Shown: piece after piece, positions 1 to 11,144 of the stretch
Layout: each line of letters begins with the position of its first letter
How positions within the stretch are numbered: the stretch's first letter is position 1
Assembly (NCBI RefSeq): GCF_004010195.1
Contig: NC_057753.1
Location: 9,634,622-9,698,621, forward strand
DNA length: 64,000 bases
DNA from: Chiloscyllium plagiosum
Lineage: Eukaryota
Direction of reading: 5' to 3'
The notes under the pieces: generated by a model
Database searches by the model: none
Seen by the model: only the letters and a program-made list of their open reading frames with translations
What the model was told of the DNA's origin: nothing
Made by a program: the position numbers and the translations under genes

Positions 1-930
1 GATCTGTTATATGAGGCACAGAAAGTGTATGTGAAAAGGGAAGAGGAGAAACAAAAACAAAAACAAAAAGCTAAAATAATGGTTGCAGCAGTTGAAGAAA
101 TTACGATAGACAATGTCCAAGGTTAGGACGACAAAGAGAAGCGGTACCATCGGGGATTTTTGATAAATTTAAAGGTGGGAACTGAAGGAGAGGAAACAGT
201 GTTTTTAGTGGATATGGGAGCAGCACGATCATCCCTAAGCTTTAGACCTAGCGGTATTAAATTAACTAACAAAGGTCTCAAGGTTTCTGGAGTAAAACGC
301 AAAGAATTCTTAAATCAGAATGCAGGACAATGGCTCACAGACTCGAGGATCTTGAAATATGAGACAATCTTAATAGAATAGGATGACCTTGTGTTAGTCA
401 CAGACAGTTGCTTGAATCCAGCTGCATTTCTGTGGCGAAGAGAGGGGGGTGGCCCCTGGCAATCCAGAACATGACTGCTTTGATATTACAGAATATCAGA
501 CTAAAGTGCGAGTGAACTTAAGAGACGTACCGTTGCATGCGCGGGCTCGGTTGTTTATCGATGGGTCCTCCCGGCTGATTGAGGGTAAAAAGCACAATGA
601 ATATACTGTAGTAGACGGGATAGAGAGAAGCATTATCGAGGCTGAAAGACTGCCTAACGGCTGGTCAGAGTTCAATGATAAGTTTTTAAAGAACTATACT
701 GTGGCGCTCGGCTCTTCTTTGTCTATTCTTAGGAACAGACACTGCCACTCGAGTTTGCAGTACATTGAATACAACTGGGTGATTGGGTCCTGATCAAGAC
801 CTGGAAAGATACCAAACTGCACCCGAGCTGGAAGGGACCATTCCTAACCCTCCTGACTACTGAGACAGCTATTCGGACTGCTGAGAAAGGGTGGAGTCAT
901 CACACTCACGTTAAAGGTCCTGTGAACGCC
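1..930 (+). pseudogene. gag-pro-pol remnant with large internal deletions
   Basis: No NC zinc knuckle after the gag motif. Protease DTG reads DMG. Protease joins the tether directly at ~308, so the RT core is absent. RNase H joins the integrase C-terminus at ~667. Stops and frameshifts are present. Confidence 0.88.
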
Positions 931-1182
931 CCATTGGTGGAGTGGCATCCTCATCCTACAGAAAGTTAAGCTGAGAAAGAAAGAATGAACTGAGACAAAA
1001 GACTCTTGTAACATTTGCTGATATATAATTAATATATACTGTTAAAGGTCCTGTGAACGCCCCAAAGGCGGAGTGGCACGTTCATCCTACAGACAACCGT
1101 CTGAAAGTTAAGCTGAGAAAGAAAGAATGAACTGAGACAAAAGACTCTTGTAACATTTGCTGATATATAATTAATATATACT
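910..1182 (+). repeat. Tandem duplication (~130-140 bp) between pol and env
   Basis: gttaaaggtcctgtgaacgccc...atatataattaatatatact occurs at 910-1040 and 1041-1182. Confidence 0.9.
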
Positions 1183-1236
1183 CACCTCTCCCTGACACCT
1201 AAAAGGTTAAGACAGGACGGTAGGCAGGGTTCAGAG

Positions 1237-2975
1237 ATGGGTAGATACTGGTATAGTATTGTAATGTTAGTAATACTAACTATTCAAGGAAATGCGAAAA
1301 ATTACTTCAATACGCTGTGCCAGAATTATGCTAAACAAGAGGGACTTGCCGACTGTTGGGTCTGTGCAGAGGTCCCACCCCATGGCGAATCTGGAATCCC
1401 CACCTCGGTAATATTGCTCACTAAAAAAAAAAATACGATGTACAATAATTTGATGTGGGTTCAAATAATACAAAGTGCAGATCTGAAAGGAGCAAATATA
1501 ACTTTGCGGGATGGTTCCCAAGGCCAGCCCCGAAAAATCAGAGCGCTATTGATAGTCTTAGAATTTCCCCACCGAAAGGAGCAGTGAATACCACCGGTTT
1601 CTGTAATCAGAATGATGCTACACCTTTCCAACTGGGAAAATCATCTTGTGTCCACACCAGTCAAGCCACTGTCACGACCACTCCTCGAATATTAAATGGA
1701 ACATATTGGTTATGCGGTCTGAAGGCCTATCCATTTATTCCCGGGGAAAAATATGTTCGTGTGATCGAATGTGTCATGTTATGAAGTTGACAAAAGGTTG
1801 GAGTGGCTGCTATTACCTCGCTTATATAGTCCCTCACCTCCGAATAGAAAAGCATGAGCCCAACCTGAGAAAGGAGGGGGGTTTAAGACATAAGACCCAA
1901 GAGGTCTCTGAAGGAGACCGTCTACTGTGGACACTCCTCCCAAACTACGGCACTACAAGGGCAGGGGTAGTAATACAGAAACTGGCGGCTGCCTTTGAAA
2001 ATTTAATTAATGATACCACCAGCGCAATGGGGGAAACTCAATCCCAAATATCGGCCATAACCACTGAAATGATTGCCACGAGACTAACAGCTTTACAAAA
2101 TCGAATGGCTTTAGACTATTTTTTGGTCGAAAAAGGGGGAGCTTGTGCTCTGATTGGTAAAGAATGTTGCACCTTCATCCCAGACACTTCTTCCATAGTG
2201 GAAGATAAGGCAGAAATAGTAAAGACTATCCATTTATTCCCGGGGAAAAATATGTTCGTGTGATCGAATGTGTCATGTTATGAAGTTGACGAAAGGTTGG
2301 AGTGGCTGCTGTTACCTCGCTTATATAGTCCCTCACCTCCGAATAGAAAAGCATGAGCCCAACCTGAGAAAGGAAGGGGGGTTTAAGACATAAGACCCGA
2401 GAGGTCTCAGAAGGAGACCGTCTGCTGTGGACACTCCTCCCAAACTACGGCACTACAAGGGCAGGGGTGAAAATACAGAAACTGGTGGCTGCCCTTGAAA
2501 ATTTAATTAATGATACCACCGGTGCGATGGGAGAAACTCAATCTCAAATATCGGCCATAACCACCGAAATGATTGCCACAAGACTAACAGCTTTACAAAA
2601 TCGAATGGCTTTAGACTATTTTTTGGTCGAAAAAGGGGGAACCTGTGCTCTGATTGGTAAAGAATGTTGCACCTTCATCCCAGACACTTCTTCCATAGTG
2701 GAAAATAAGGCAGAAATAGTAAAGAAAAAGATAAGCAATATAAGAGAAATTGGAGATGAAGTCTGAAAAGATTGGGGATGGGGATGGGGATGGGGATGGG
2801 GGATGGGGATGGGGTAACTGGAGATTGACCAGGTGGGAAAATGGTTAGTGAATTTAGGCATTTATGTGCTACTAATAATTGTAGGTTTACCGATGGGGAT
2901 TAATGTGTTAAAATGGATAATGACTAAGCTGGTAATGTCTTTGGGAGGACAACAGTCAATAATGGTACAAACTTA
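1237..2975 (+). pseudogene. env: Gamma-type env pseudogene with internal tandem duplication
   Basis: Signal peptide (MGRYWYSIVMLVILTIQG), SU CWVC motif, immunosuppressive domain LQNRMALDYFL and CX6CC (CALIGKECC) present twice, and a hydrophobic anchor WLVNLGIYVLLIIVGL from 2842. Frameshifts, including one in the A-run at ~1423-1432, and a TGA at 2764. Confidence 0.92.
1727..2725 (+). repeat. ~500-bp tandem duplication of the env SU end and TM ectodomain
   Basis: ctatccatttattcccgggg starts at both 1727 and 2226. The copies are near-identical, and copy 2 has a 1-nt insertion (aaggaagggggg). Confidence 0.95.
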
Positions 2976-3082
2976 GAAGGACAGAAATGACTAGATTGTG
3001 AACCTCGACACCATAGGGTGAAAAGAGGTCAGAAAATAAGATTGCAAAAACAACAAATGGTTAAGAAAAGAAATGGGGGAAT

Positions 3083-3681
3083 TGTTAGAAATGGGGTAAA
3101 GTGTTGTTTTTGCAGATGTAGAAAAAGCATACAGGAAAGGGGTGCAGCAAGAGAACTATTAACCCTGCAGGTATTTAGGGACTTTTCAGTGTATAATTGT
3201 GGTTAATTAAATACTAACTTTGGCGTGTAATTACTTTAACAAAAAGTTCTTTTTGTAAAATTATGCTTTCAGCAAAAAGCTGAGGTAACCAAAATGCTTG
3301 AGCTACACAAAATGATACAAGTTAATGAAATGTCCGAGGATGGAATGTACCAGCAGAATTGATACAAAATGTTAAACCAGATCTTGACAAAATAAATGTA
3401 TGTGTCAGCATTTACAGAAAGGAAGGTTGCCAACCTGGGGAAAGGGGAAGTAATAAGGGTGGAGTGCAACTGGGTAGTGGTCTGGTACAGTAAGAGAGAT
3501 TGGGTAATTAGGAGTCTGGAGAGATGACCTCACTCAGCTCAAACGGTATAACTGTACACTAAGTTCTAATTTGCTCATTTGCTTCTGCATTTGATGCCCT
3601 TTCTTGCAAGATCGTAGAATAAATTGTCTTGTTTCCAGTTTTGGTGGTCTCGTCTAAATTTTATTAAACTTGTTTCTAACA
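3083..3681 (+). mobile_element. ERV 3' LTR (~600 bp)
   Basis: Preceded by the polypurine tract aagaaaagaaatggggga (3063-3080). Bounded by the perfect inverted ends tgttagaaa...tttctaaca. TATAA at 3547 and AATAAA at 3618. Confidence 0.92.
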
Positions 3682-3734
3682 ATGCTGTTAACAGGCCCAT
3701 ACTCAGGGGAATCTAATTGAAATAAACAGAATAC

Positions 3735-4390
3735 TCAATGGCCTGAACGAGTTGATGTTGGGAAGATGTTTCCATTGGAAGGAGAGACTAACAGCCGAGG
3801 GCACAGCCTTGGAGTAAAGGGAAGACCTTTCAGAATGGAGATTAGGAGACATTTCTTCAGCCAGGGAGTGGTGAACCGATGGAATTCATTGCCACAGAAG
3901 GCTGTGGAGGCCAGGTAACTGAGGATATTTAACTGTAACTGAGACAAACAGTTCTTGAGTATCAAGGGGATCGAGGGTTACAGGGAGAAAGCAGGAGAAT
4001 GGGGTTGAGACACTTATCAGCCACGATTGAATGGTACAGGCAGACTAGATGGGGTGAATGGCTTAATTTTTGCTCCTATGGATAAGTACATGAATAGGAA
4101 AGGTTCAGAGATATATAGCTGAAAATGTGTTGCTGGAAAAGCGCAGCAGGTCAGGCAGCATCCAAGGAACAGGAGAATCGACGTTTCGGGCATAAGTCGA
4201 TTCTCCTGTTCCTTGGATGCTGCCTGACCTGCTGCGCTTTTCCAGCAACACATTTTCAGCTCTGATCTCCAGCATCTGCAGACCTCACTTTCTCCTCAGA
4301 GATATATAGGCCAAACAAGGTAGGACTAGTTTAGTTTGTGAATATAGTTAGCATGAAATCAAGTATCTGTTTCTGTGCTGTACGATTCTG
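3735..4390 (+). mobile_element. CR1-clade LINE 3' fragments
   Basis: Matches the CR1-type RT C-terminus (FFSQGVVNRWNSLP) and 3' UTR repeated many times in the window. Confidence 0.8.
4119..4295. mobile_element. Penelope-like family 1 terminal fragment with inverted 5' arm
   Basis: Near-perfect palindrome (agctgaaaatgtgttgctgg...ccagcaacacattttcagct) flanked by the 14-bp TSD tcagagatatatag at 4105-4118 and 4296-4309. Confidence 0.8.
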
Positions 4391-4640
4391 TAACTGTTCT
4401 TAAAACCATTTTTTCTGTTCCCTCATAACCATCAACTTCATTGTTGTTCAAAAATCAGATGAACTCAGCCTTGAATATATTCAATGACCCCCTAACCGCT
4501 GGAAGGCCCCACTCCACTTCAGAACTCAATTCCTCTTGCTAATACACCACTTGCCTTGTTTCTTACTTTCTGCACCTGTCTGACAACTGGCATTGACTGG
4601 AGTAGAAGGACACTGAAACCTCTTTGTACATCCACATAAC

Positions 4641-4770
4641 ATTCCTGATGAACGGCTCATGTCCAAAACATCGACTCTCCTGGTCCTCGGATGCTTTCTG
4701 ACCTGCTGTTCTTTTCCAGGACCACACTTGTCAACTCTGATCTCCAGCATCTGCACTCCTCACTTTCTCC
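4641..4770 (+). mobile_element. Penelope-like family 1 terminal fragment with degenerate hammerhead core
   Basis: ctgatga at 4645 followed by the family 3' end (...gcatctgcactcctcactttctcc). Confidence 0.7.
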
Positions 4771-4901
4771 ATATCCCAACATAACACCATTAAGACAATG
4801 CACCTCCTTTCTGCTTTTTATCCCCCACAGCAAAGGCTATATTACCACATTTGCCATTTGTTTGCCAATTGAGACACAGATCTGGACCAACATTTCTAGA
4901 C

Positions 4902-5082
4902 AAAAGTGAGTCCTGCAGATGCCGAAGATTAGAGTCGAGAGTGTGGTGCTGGAAAAGCACGCAGGTCAGGCTGCATCCGAGGAGCAGGAAAATTCCTGAT
5001 GAAGGACTTTTGCCCGAAACGTCGATTTTCCTGCTCCTCCGATGCTGCCTGACCTGCTATGCTTTTCCAGCACCACACTCTC
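4902..5082. mobile_element. Penelope-like family 1 inverted fragment
   Basis: Inverted arms surround ctgatga...gaaacgtc (4996-5023). Diverged TSD gaccaacatttctagac / gaccaatattgctacac. Confidence 0.72.
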
Positions 5083-5189
5083 GACCAATATTGCTACACT
5101 CTGTCCCCTCCCTGAATTCACTCCCTTTCCTTTCAGTTGTTGCAAGTCAACAATGAAAAAAAAAGTGGAATAGGTGGCGAGAAAAGAGA

Positions 5190-5520
5190 GTGCCGTACTC
5201 ACAGTTGTTGGACAGAGGAAGAAAGTTGCAGTTTGAGGTAAAGCTCAATCTTCATTCAGAGAGACAGGAGCAGCAGCAGGGGCTTCAGAAGCTCATTGTC
5301 CAACTTCCGCATTCAGACAATAGCGGTGTTCTGATTGGCAGGAGGACAAGACACCTTCCCGTCCTCCCGAGTTCTCTATTGGTCCATCAAAAGTAGGTCA
5401 TGAATCGTTTGTGTGTACAACCAGGAGCATGCACAGTCTTTTGCTGACACCAGCCGACATGCGCAGTGCTTGCTGACACCGAGGGACATGCGCATTATGC
5501 TCTTCAGAGATGCTCACGTT
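5190..5520 (-). promoter_or_regulatory. ZNF-family promoter and non-coding exon 1 module, copy 1
   Basis: Minus-strand splice donor GTGAGT (actcac 5197-5202), ETS-like acttccgc, CCAAT boxes (gattgg, tattgg) and repeated catgcgca. Homologous to 11640, 16955, 42240 and 51979. Confidence 0.7.
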
Positions 5521-5629
5521 ACTGACAGATTTGAAGTGTCCAAATGCCAATCGGAGGAAAAAAAAAGTAGAACCACAATTTTTTCCCCCCTGTGGCTTTT
5601 GCATTTTGGCTGGCTGCTCAACTTTTGTA

Positions 5630-6025
5630 TTTCTTTTCCCTCGGTTAGGGGAGTCACAAACTGGAGGGCATAGGTTTAGGTTGAGTGGGGAAAGATGAGG
5701 GACCAAAGGATGAGAAAAAACGTGTGACATTTAATTTGCGTCAAGAAATGCCAGAACTAGAAGACATTAGTTTTGGGTGATTGGGGAAAGGTTGAAAAGG
5801 GACCTAAGGGGTAACTTGTTTCACGCAGAGGATGGTAAATGTATTGAATGAGCTACCGGAGTGGAGGCTGGTACAATTACAACTTTTAAAAGGCATCTGG
5901 ATGGGTGTATGAATAGGAAGGTTTAAAGGGGTTTGGGCCAAGTGTTGGCAAATAGGAGTAGATTAATTTAGGATATCTGATCGGCACAGACCAAACTGTT
6001 TCATTCCATGCTCCATGACTCTATT
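5630..6025 (+). mobile_element. CR1 LINE 3' end fragments
   Basis: RT C-terminus and 3' UTR motifs (gggacctaaggggtaac..., ggcatctggatggg...). Confidence 0.75.
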
Positions 6026-6509
6026 TCTTCATAGTCAGAACCAATTTGACAATATTAGAATGGGCAACTCACCCCTTACAGCCTGTCTTCAACTGTGGCC
6101 AGACTGCACATTTTTCAACGCAAGTTTCAGAAAGATGCCTGCAGCTTTTTTTTTAAAATAGAATTGAACATGCTTCAATGTTGTTTCTGAGGAGCTATTC
6201 TCAATGTTAAAGATCAGCCATTTCTCGTGCACCCCCATCTCCCAGGTAGAGTCATCACCATCTGTCTCTCTCCTCTTAGAAGGGCTTGATACAGCCATCA
6301 AAGAAGGATGGAGGTATGAGAAATAACAGGTGGTGGGGGAAAGAGAATGGTTGAGGTGGGGGGGGGAAAAGAGGAGCTGAGAGTGGGTGTCAAGAGAGAG
6401 AAAATGGACAGGGAGACAGAAAGAGAATGGACGGAGTGCAGTGACACTACAAATCCCACCTTCCCCAGCACCACAGTAATCATTTCTCAATATACAAATG
6501 GCTAAAGCA

Positions 6510-6810
6510 GTAGAATCACATAATCCCTACAGGCCATTCACCTCCAAACAGCATCCCACCAGACCAACCCACTTACCATACAACCCTGCAGTTCCCCATG
6601 GCTTACGCACCCGAAAATGCACATCCCTAGACAACTCAGCACAGCTGATCCACCCTAAACTGCAGACCTTTGGACTGTGGGAGGAAACCGGAGCACCCAG
6701 AGGAAACCCATGCAAACACAAGGGGGACAATGTACTAAAGTCACCTGAGGCTGGAATCAAACCCAGCACTGTGAGGCAACAGTACTCACCACTGAGCCAC
6801 TGTGCCACCC
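6510..6810 (-). mobile_element. tRNA-derived HE1-like SINE, diverged
   Basis: A/B box-like head (tggcacagtggctcagtgg) and core ggtttcctcccacagtccaaag on the minus strand. Confidence 0.75.
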
Positions 6811-7383
6811 AGAGCTTTGATGTTCTGCTTTGTCTTCATAGCTTCTGACTTCTCATGCGCCCTCAGCAGAGGCTCTCTCCTCCTGAGATTTGTGGACCAC
6901 ACCCACTGCAGCCTCCTTTTCCCATTTCTCCTGCCCTGAGCACGTCAGTTCCTGAACCTGGCGCCAGACAGACACCGATACCATCTGGCCTCCTGCTGTT
7001 AGCTGCAGAGAAAGAAGACAATCACCTGTCATTATTCTGCCCCTTCCTCCCAGCGCCCCCCCCGCCAACGTTGTTCTTCCTCCCACCACTCAGCCAGTTA
7101 GCTCCTCCCCCTGCTGCCCAATCTCAGATCCCCTTTACTTGTGTGATTCACACTCACACCCTTCTGACCCCATCCACTGACCCAATCCAGAGGGGAATGA
7201 CCATCTCCTGCAATAAAGTGTCCGGTTAACTTTCCCCGTGACGTGTCTGCAGCCTGGCTTCCAACTCCATCTCTCTGAGCCAAAGGTCTTCCAGTGTGTG
7301 TTTACCCTGAATCACAGCATCCAAAACCTCCCACCTTCTGCAAAGTGAAAGACAAGTCTCACCCTGCCCTCTTCAATGTGTGT

Positions 7384-8040
7384 AGATTAGATTAGATTCC
7401 CTACAGTATGGAAACTGGCCCTTTGGCCCAAAATGTCCACACTGATCCTCCAAAGAGTAAACCACCCAGACCCGTTCCCCTACCTTATATTTACCCCTGA
7501 CTAATGCACCAAACACTATGTGGAATTTAGCATGGCCAATTCACCTGACCTGCACATCTTTTGGATTGTGGGAGGAGACTGGAGCACCTGGAGGAAACCC
7601 ACGCAGATATTAGATTAGATTAGATTACTTACAGTGTGGAAACAGGCCCTTCGGCCCAACAAGTCCACACCGACCCGCCGAAGCGCAACCCACCCATACC
7701 CCTACATTTACCCCTTACCTAACACTACGGGCAATTTAGCATGGCCAATTCACCTGACCTGCACATCTTTGGACTGTGGGAGGAAACCGGAGCACCCGGA
7801 GGAAACCCACGCAGACACGGGGAGAATGTGCAAACTCCACACAGTCAGTCGCCTGAGGCGGGTATTGAACCCGGGTCTCTGGCGCTGTGAGGCAGCAGTG
7901 CTAACCACTGTGCCACCGTGCCGCCCACATGCGGAGAATGTGAAAATTCCACATAGACAGTTGCCCGAGGCAGGAATCGAACCTGGATCCCTGGTCCTGT
8001 GAGGCAGCACTGCTGACCACTGAGCTACCATGCCACCCAA
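7384..8040 (-). mobile_element. Two nested HE1-like SINEs (young copy ~7610-7928 inside an older copy)
   Basis: Two (tagat)n tails at 7384 and 7610 and two tRNA-like heads ending at ~7926 and ~8038. Confidence 0.88.
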
Positions 8041-8059
8041 TAACTACTTAATTGTTTCT

Positions 8060-8885
8060 ATTGGTCAAGCAGAGGCAATAACCAAGTTTGGAACCCACGA
8101 GGGTGGTCTCAATCGGGACCTTGGGTGATCACACTACACTTAACAACTGCCTCTCACTTCCACACGCATACATACACACCCAGTCACACAGACCCTCTCT
8201 CATACACATGCTCTCTCTGACACACCCCCTACACTCAAATCCATGCATACACTCTCTCACAGGTTAATACTCCAGTGCATCGACACACTTTATCAAGCAT
8301 GCACATACAAACACTCACTCACTCTCTCATGCGTGCGCGCACACACACACCCACACACACACACACACACCCCCCTATACGGTGAATTTGCATTTGCAGA
8401 ATCATTTGCAAATACATTGTGCTTTTTGAGCAAAATACAATCTGCAGGCAGTCAATCTATGTAATATTGTATAAATTCCTACTTTGGAAATAGAACAAGT
8501 GTGACTCAGGACTGGGATACAGACAGACTTGAACCTCACACCTTTCTTGCATTGTCTGAGCTGAGATGTCACCTATTTTTATAAAATCTTAAGTCATCGG
8601 GAGAATGTGACTTAAAAGTAGTTCTGGGATATACATGTTAATGAATCGAAACCTGCAACCCATTCTAAAAGAAGAAAGACTGAACTGCAACTGGACTTGT
8701 TCAGGAAATCTTATCAACTGCATGACACTGTAATGTTTTGCGATAAATTCTATGTCTTATGATCCTGCTCAACAGCTACGCGATGAACGAGTAGCGCTTC
8801 CAAATAAATCTGTTGGGACTATAACCTGGAGTTGTGTAGATTTTAACTTTATCCACCTCAGTCCAACACCGGCACCTCCACATCA
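8060..8885 (+). mobile_element. Penelope-like family 2 3' fragment
   Basis: Degenerate endonuclease C-terminus (KFGTHEGGLNRDLG), CA-rich UTR and a decayed hammerhead at ~8780. Homologous to 34700-35770 and 53310-54140. Confidence 0.7.
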
Positions 8886-9844
8886 TTTCTAATTAACACA
8901 GCCCACACCTCCTGGCGCTGCCAGTAAACTTTACAATACCGATAAAACGACACAGTACCCGCACTCCTGAAATATTTGCAATTTCCAACGATACTAGCTA
9001 CTCATTCACTGCTCCATCTGATACACGACATTGGAAACTTAGTGCAGGAGGCTGAAAGAAATCAACAGGTTTAAAACAAAAACCATTTGAAGCTCAAAGC
9101 CTTCAATGAGAGTCTGAGCCTGGCGGTAAGTTCAGGTAACCCTTTATTGTGACCCAACTTTGTTACAGCTTCAGATTTCCCCCCCAGCAAAAAGGCATAG
9201 AAAAAGTAGCTTTTTTTAAAAAAAAACAGCTCAAGGTCAAAGCGCACACACTCCCCTCCTTAACCTGTAGGAAGTATTGCCTCACTCAGCAATTTCAACG
9301 TATACTCTGTATCTAAGTAGGTTTCTCCCTACTCATTTGCTGGGGAGAGGGAGGGGCCCAGTGGAGGAGAGAACAGGGGGATGGGGGGGCAGTGTAGAGT
9401 CAACCACAGGCTAGACAGAGTAAAGGATGCAGCTGGGACGACTGAGTGAATCCTTTCCACAACAGCAGTTTCCTTCCCTAAAAATGATGTGAATGTATCA
9501 GAATGCAGTATTATTAGATATAGGGCTCTTGTGAGCAGGTTACAAAAGACTTATGAATGAGTAAATAGAAAGTGTTTGTGAGTAGGTTAGTAAAGAGACC
9601 TATAATACAATATCTCACACCATGTTATCGTCCTGGCAGTCTCATGGGGAAGGGAGAAACCAGAGCCAATCTTTACACATGGTAGATTTCTTCACAGAGT
9701 CAAACATGACATGTATACACCTCCCGACTCCATTGCGTATTCCAAATCAGTAAGTGTGTCTTAAACAGATGCTCAACTCACCAGTGAATGTGTGCCCTCT
9801 TAAATACTCATAGAATTCACATCCACAAAGAATCCAAACGTTCT

Positions 9845-10606
9845 CTACTCGGTGTGACTGGATTGGTGTCTGAACAGATGGGATGACTGACTGAATGCCT
9901 TCCCACAGACAGAGCAGCTGAATGGTCTCTCCTTGGTGTGGACAGGCTGGTGTCTCCGCAGGGAAGACCAATCAATGAATCCCTTCCCACACACTGAGCA
10001 GGTGAACGGTCTCTCCCCGGTGTGGACCCGCTGGTGACTCTGCAGGTTGGAGGACTGAATGAATGCTTTCCCACACACGGAGCAGGTGAACGGTCTCTCC
10101 CCAGTGTGGACCCGCTGGTGGCTCTGCAGGTTGGAGGATTGAACAAACGCCTTCCCGCAGATGGAGCAGGTGAACGGCCTCTCCCCAGTGTGGACCCGCT
10201 GGTGTCTCTGCAGGTTGGAGGACTGAACAAACCCCCTCCCGCAGACAGAGCATGTGAACGGCTTCTCCATGGTGTGGACCCGCTGGTGGGTCACCAGGGT
10301 GGATGAATGAGTAAACCTCTTCCCGCACATGGAGCAGGTAAATGGCCTCTCCCCGGTGTGGACCCGCTCGTGGATCACCAGGGCAGATGAATGGGTGAAC
10401 CCCTTCTCACACACAGAGCAGGTGAACGGCTTCTCCCCGGTATGGACCTGCTGGTGGGTCACCAGGGCGGATGTATGGGTGAACCCCTTCCCACACACGG
10501 AGCACGTGAACGGTCTCTCCCCAGTGTGACAGCGACGATGGCTTTCAAGCAAGGACGGGAATTTGAATTCCTTCCCGCAGTCCCCACATTTCCACGGTTT
10601 CTCCAT
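9845..10606 (-). CDS. C2H2 tandem zinc-finger protein, 9 fingers, no effector domain seen
   Basis: Open frame with nine CX2C...HX3H units joined by TGE(R/K)PF-type linkers. The first ATG ([12 protein letters not shown]) is at 10606; the ORF track extends to a non-ATG start at 10660. Confidence 0.9.
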   Translation of the reverse strand: MEKPWKCGDCGKEFKFPSLLESHRRCHTGERPFTCSVCGKGFTHTSALVTHQQVHTGEKPFTCSVCEKGFTHSSALVIHERVHTGERPFTCSMCGKRFTHSSTLVTHQRVHTMEKPFTCSVCGRGFVQSSNLQRHQRVHTGERPFTCSICGKAFVQSSNLQSHQRVHTGERPFTCSVCGKAFIQSSNLQSHQRVHTGERPFTCSVCGKGFIDWSSLRRHQPVHTKERPFSCSVCGKAFSQSSHLFRHQSSHTE

Positions 10607-11144
10607 TACGTGGGAATCCCTGCCGCTCCCCAGCTTCGACAATCCGTTGAAAATCCACACACATGGAACATGTTCTGTCTCTCGCTGCTGTGAATGGGGT
10701 GTTGCTACTTCAGGCTGCGTAGCCAGTTAAAGGTCTTCCCACAGTCAGTTCACTGGGGACACTCTCATTGAGGTCTGCGTTCTTCAGTCTCACTGAGGTT
10801 TGAAACCTTTCAAACAGACAGGACAGAAGAGAAATAAAAAATCCTGTGAGATTCAAAGGCTGATGATATTCCCATGCCAATGAAATTGTTGTCTATATCA
10901 TATCTTATTTTGAGATTTCTGGCTGCAATTCCTTCCTTTCTCATATTGTGAAAAAAGAGATTACATGAGCCATCACTGTCTACACAGAATAGAAATTCCA
11001 AACAGACAATTCTGGTTCCTGTGGAATATTCTTTCTTCTCTCCTTTCCCCTCAAAATGTCAATCTCAATGCCACAATCTCCCTCCAGTCTCACTCTGCTG
11101 GAGGTGAGGGTAGACTTAACAAAATCTATTGGGCAATCTTTTTT

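Larger units (their letters stand above)
1..3681 (+). mobile_element. Endogenous retrovirus, class I (HERV-I-like gag/pol motifs), internally deleted; 5' end lies outside the window
   Basis: Elements appear in retroviral order: gag C-terminus (EAQKVYVKREEEKQKQKQKAKIM), protease (FLVDMGAARSSL), tether (LNQNAGQWLTDSRILKYE), RNase H start (LFIDGSS), integrase C-terminal GPY/F module (WKGPFLTLLTTETAIRTAEKGWSH), env, polypurine tract, LTR. Confidence 0.93.

Noticed and set aside
124..126. TAG as the gag-pol readthrough codon
   Set aside because: It is in frame with protease, but no NC domain precedes it, so it may be a mutation or deletion product. It cannot be assigned.
1237..2975. Domesticated syncytin-like env
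   Set aside because: Multiple frameshifts and a stop before the membrane anchor.
7860..7928. tRNA genes at A/B-box motifs
   Set aside because: They continue into SINE core and LINE-derived tails, so they are SINE heads.
9817..10693. Overlapping alternative-frame and antisense ORFs over ZNF arrays (also 33146-33868 and 43997-44756)
   Set aside because: Expected shadows of repetitive finger codons.
10745..10760. TGA in place of a finger Cys as selenocysteine recoding
   Set aside because: The same frame has a TAG and is out of frame with the ORF. The 45.09-kb paralog has TGT, and no SECIS was recognised.
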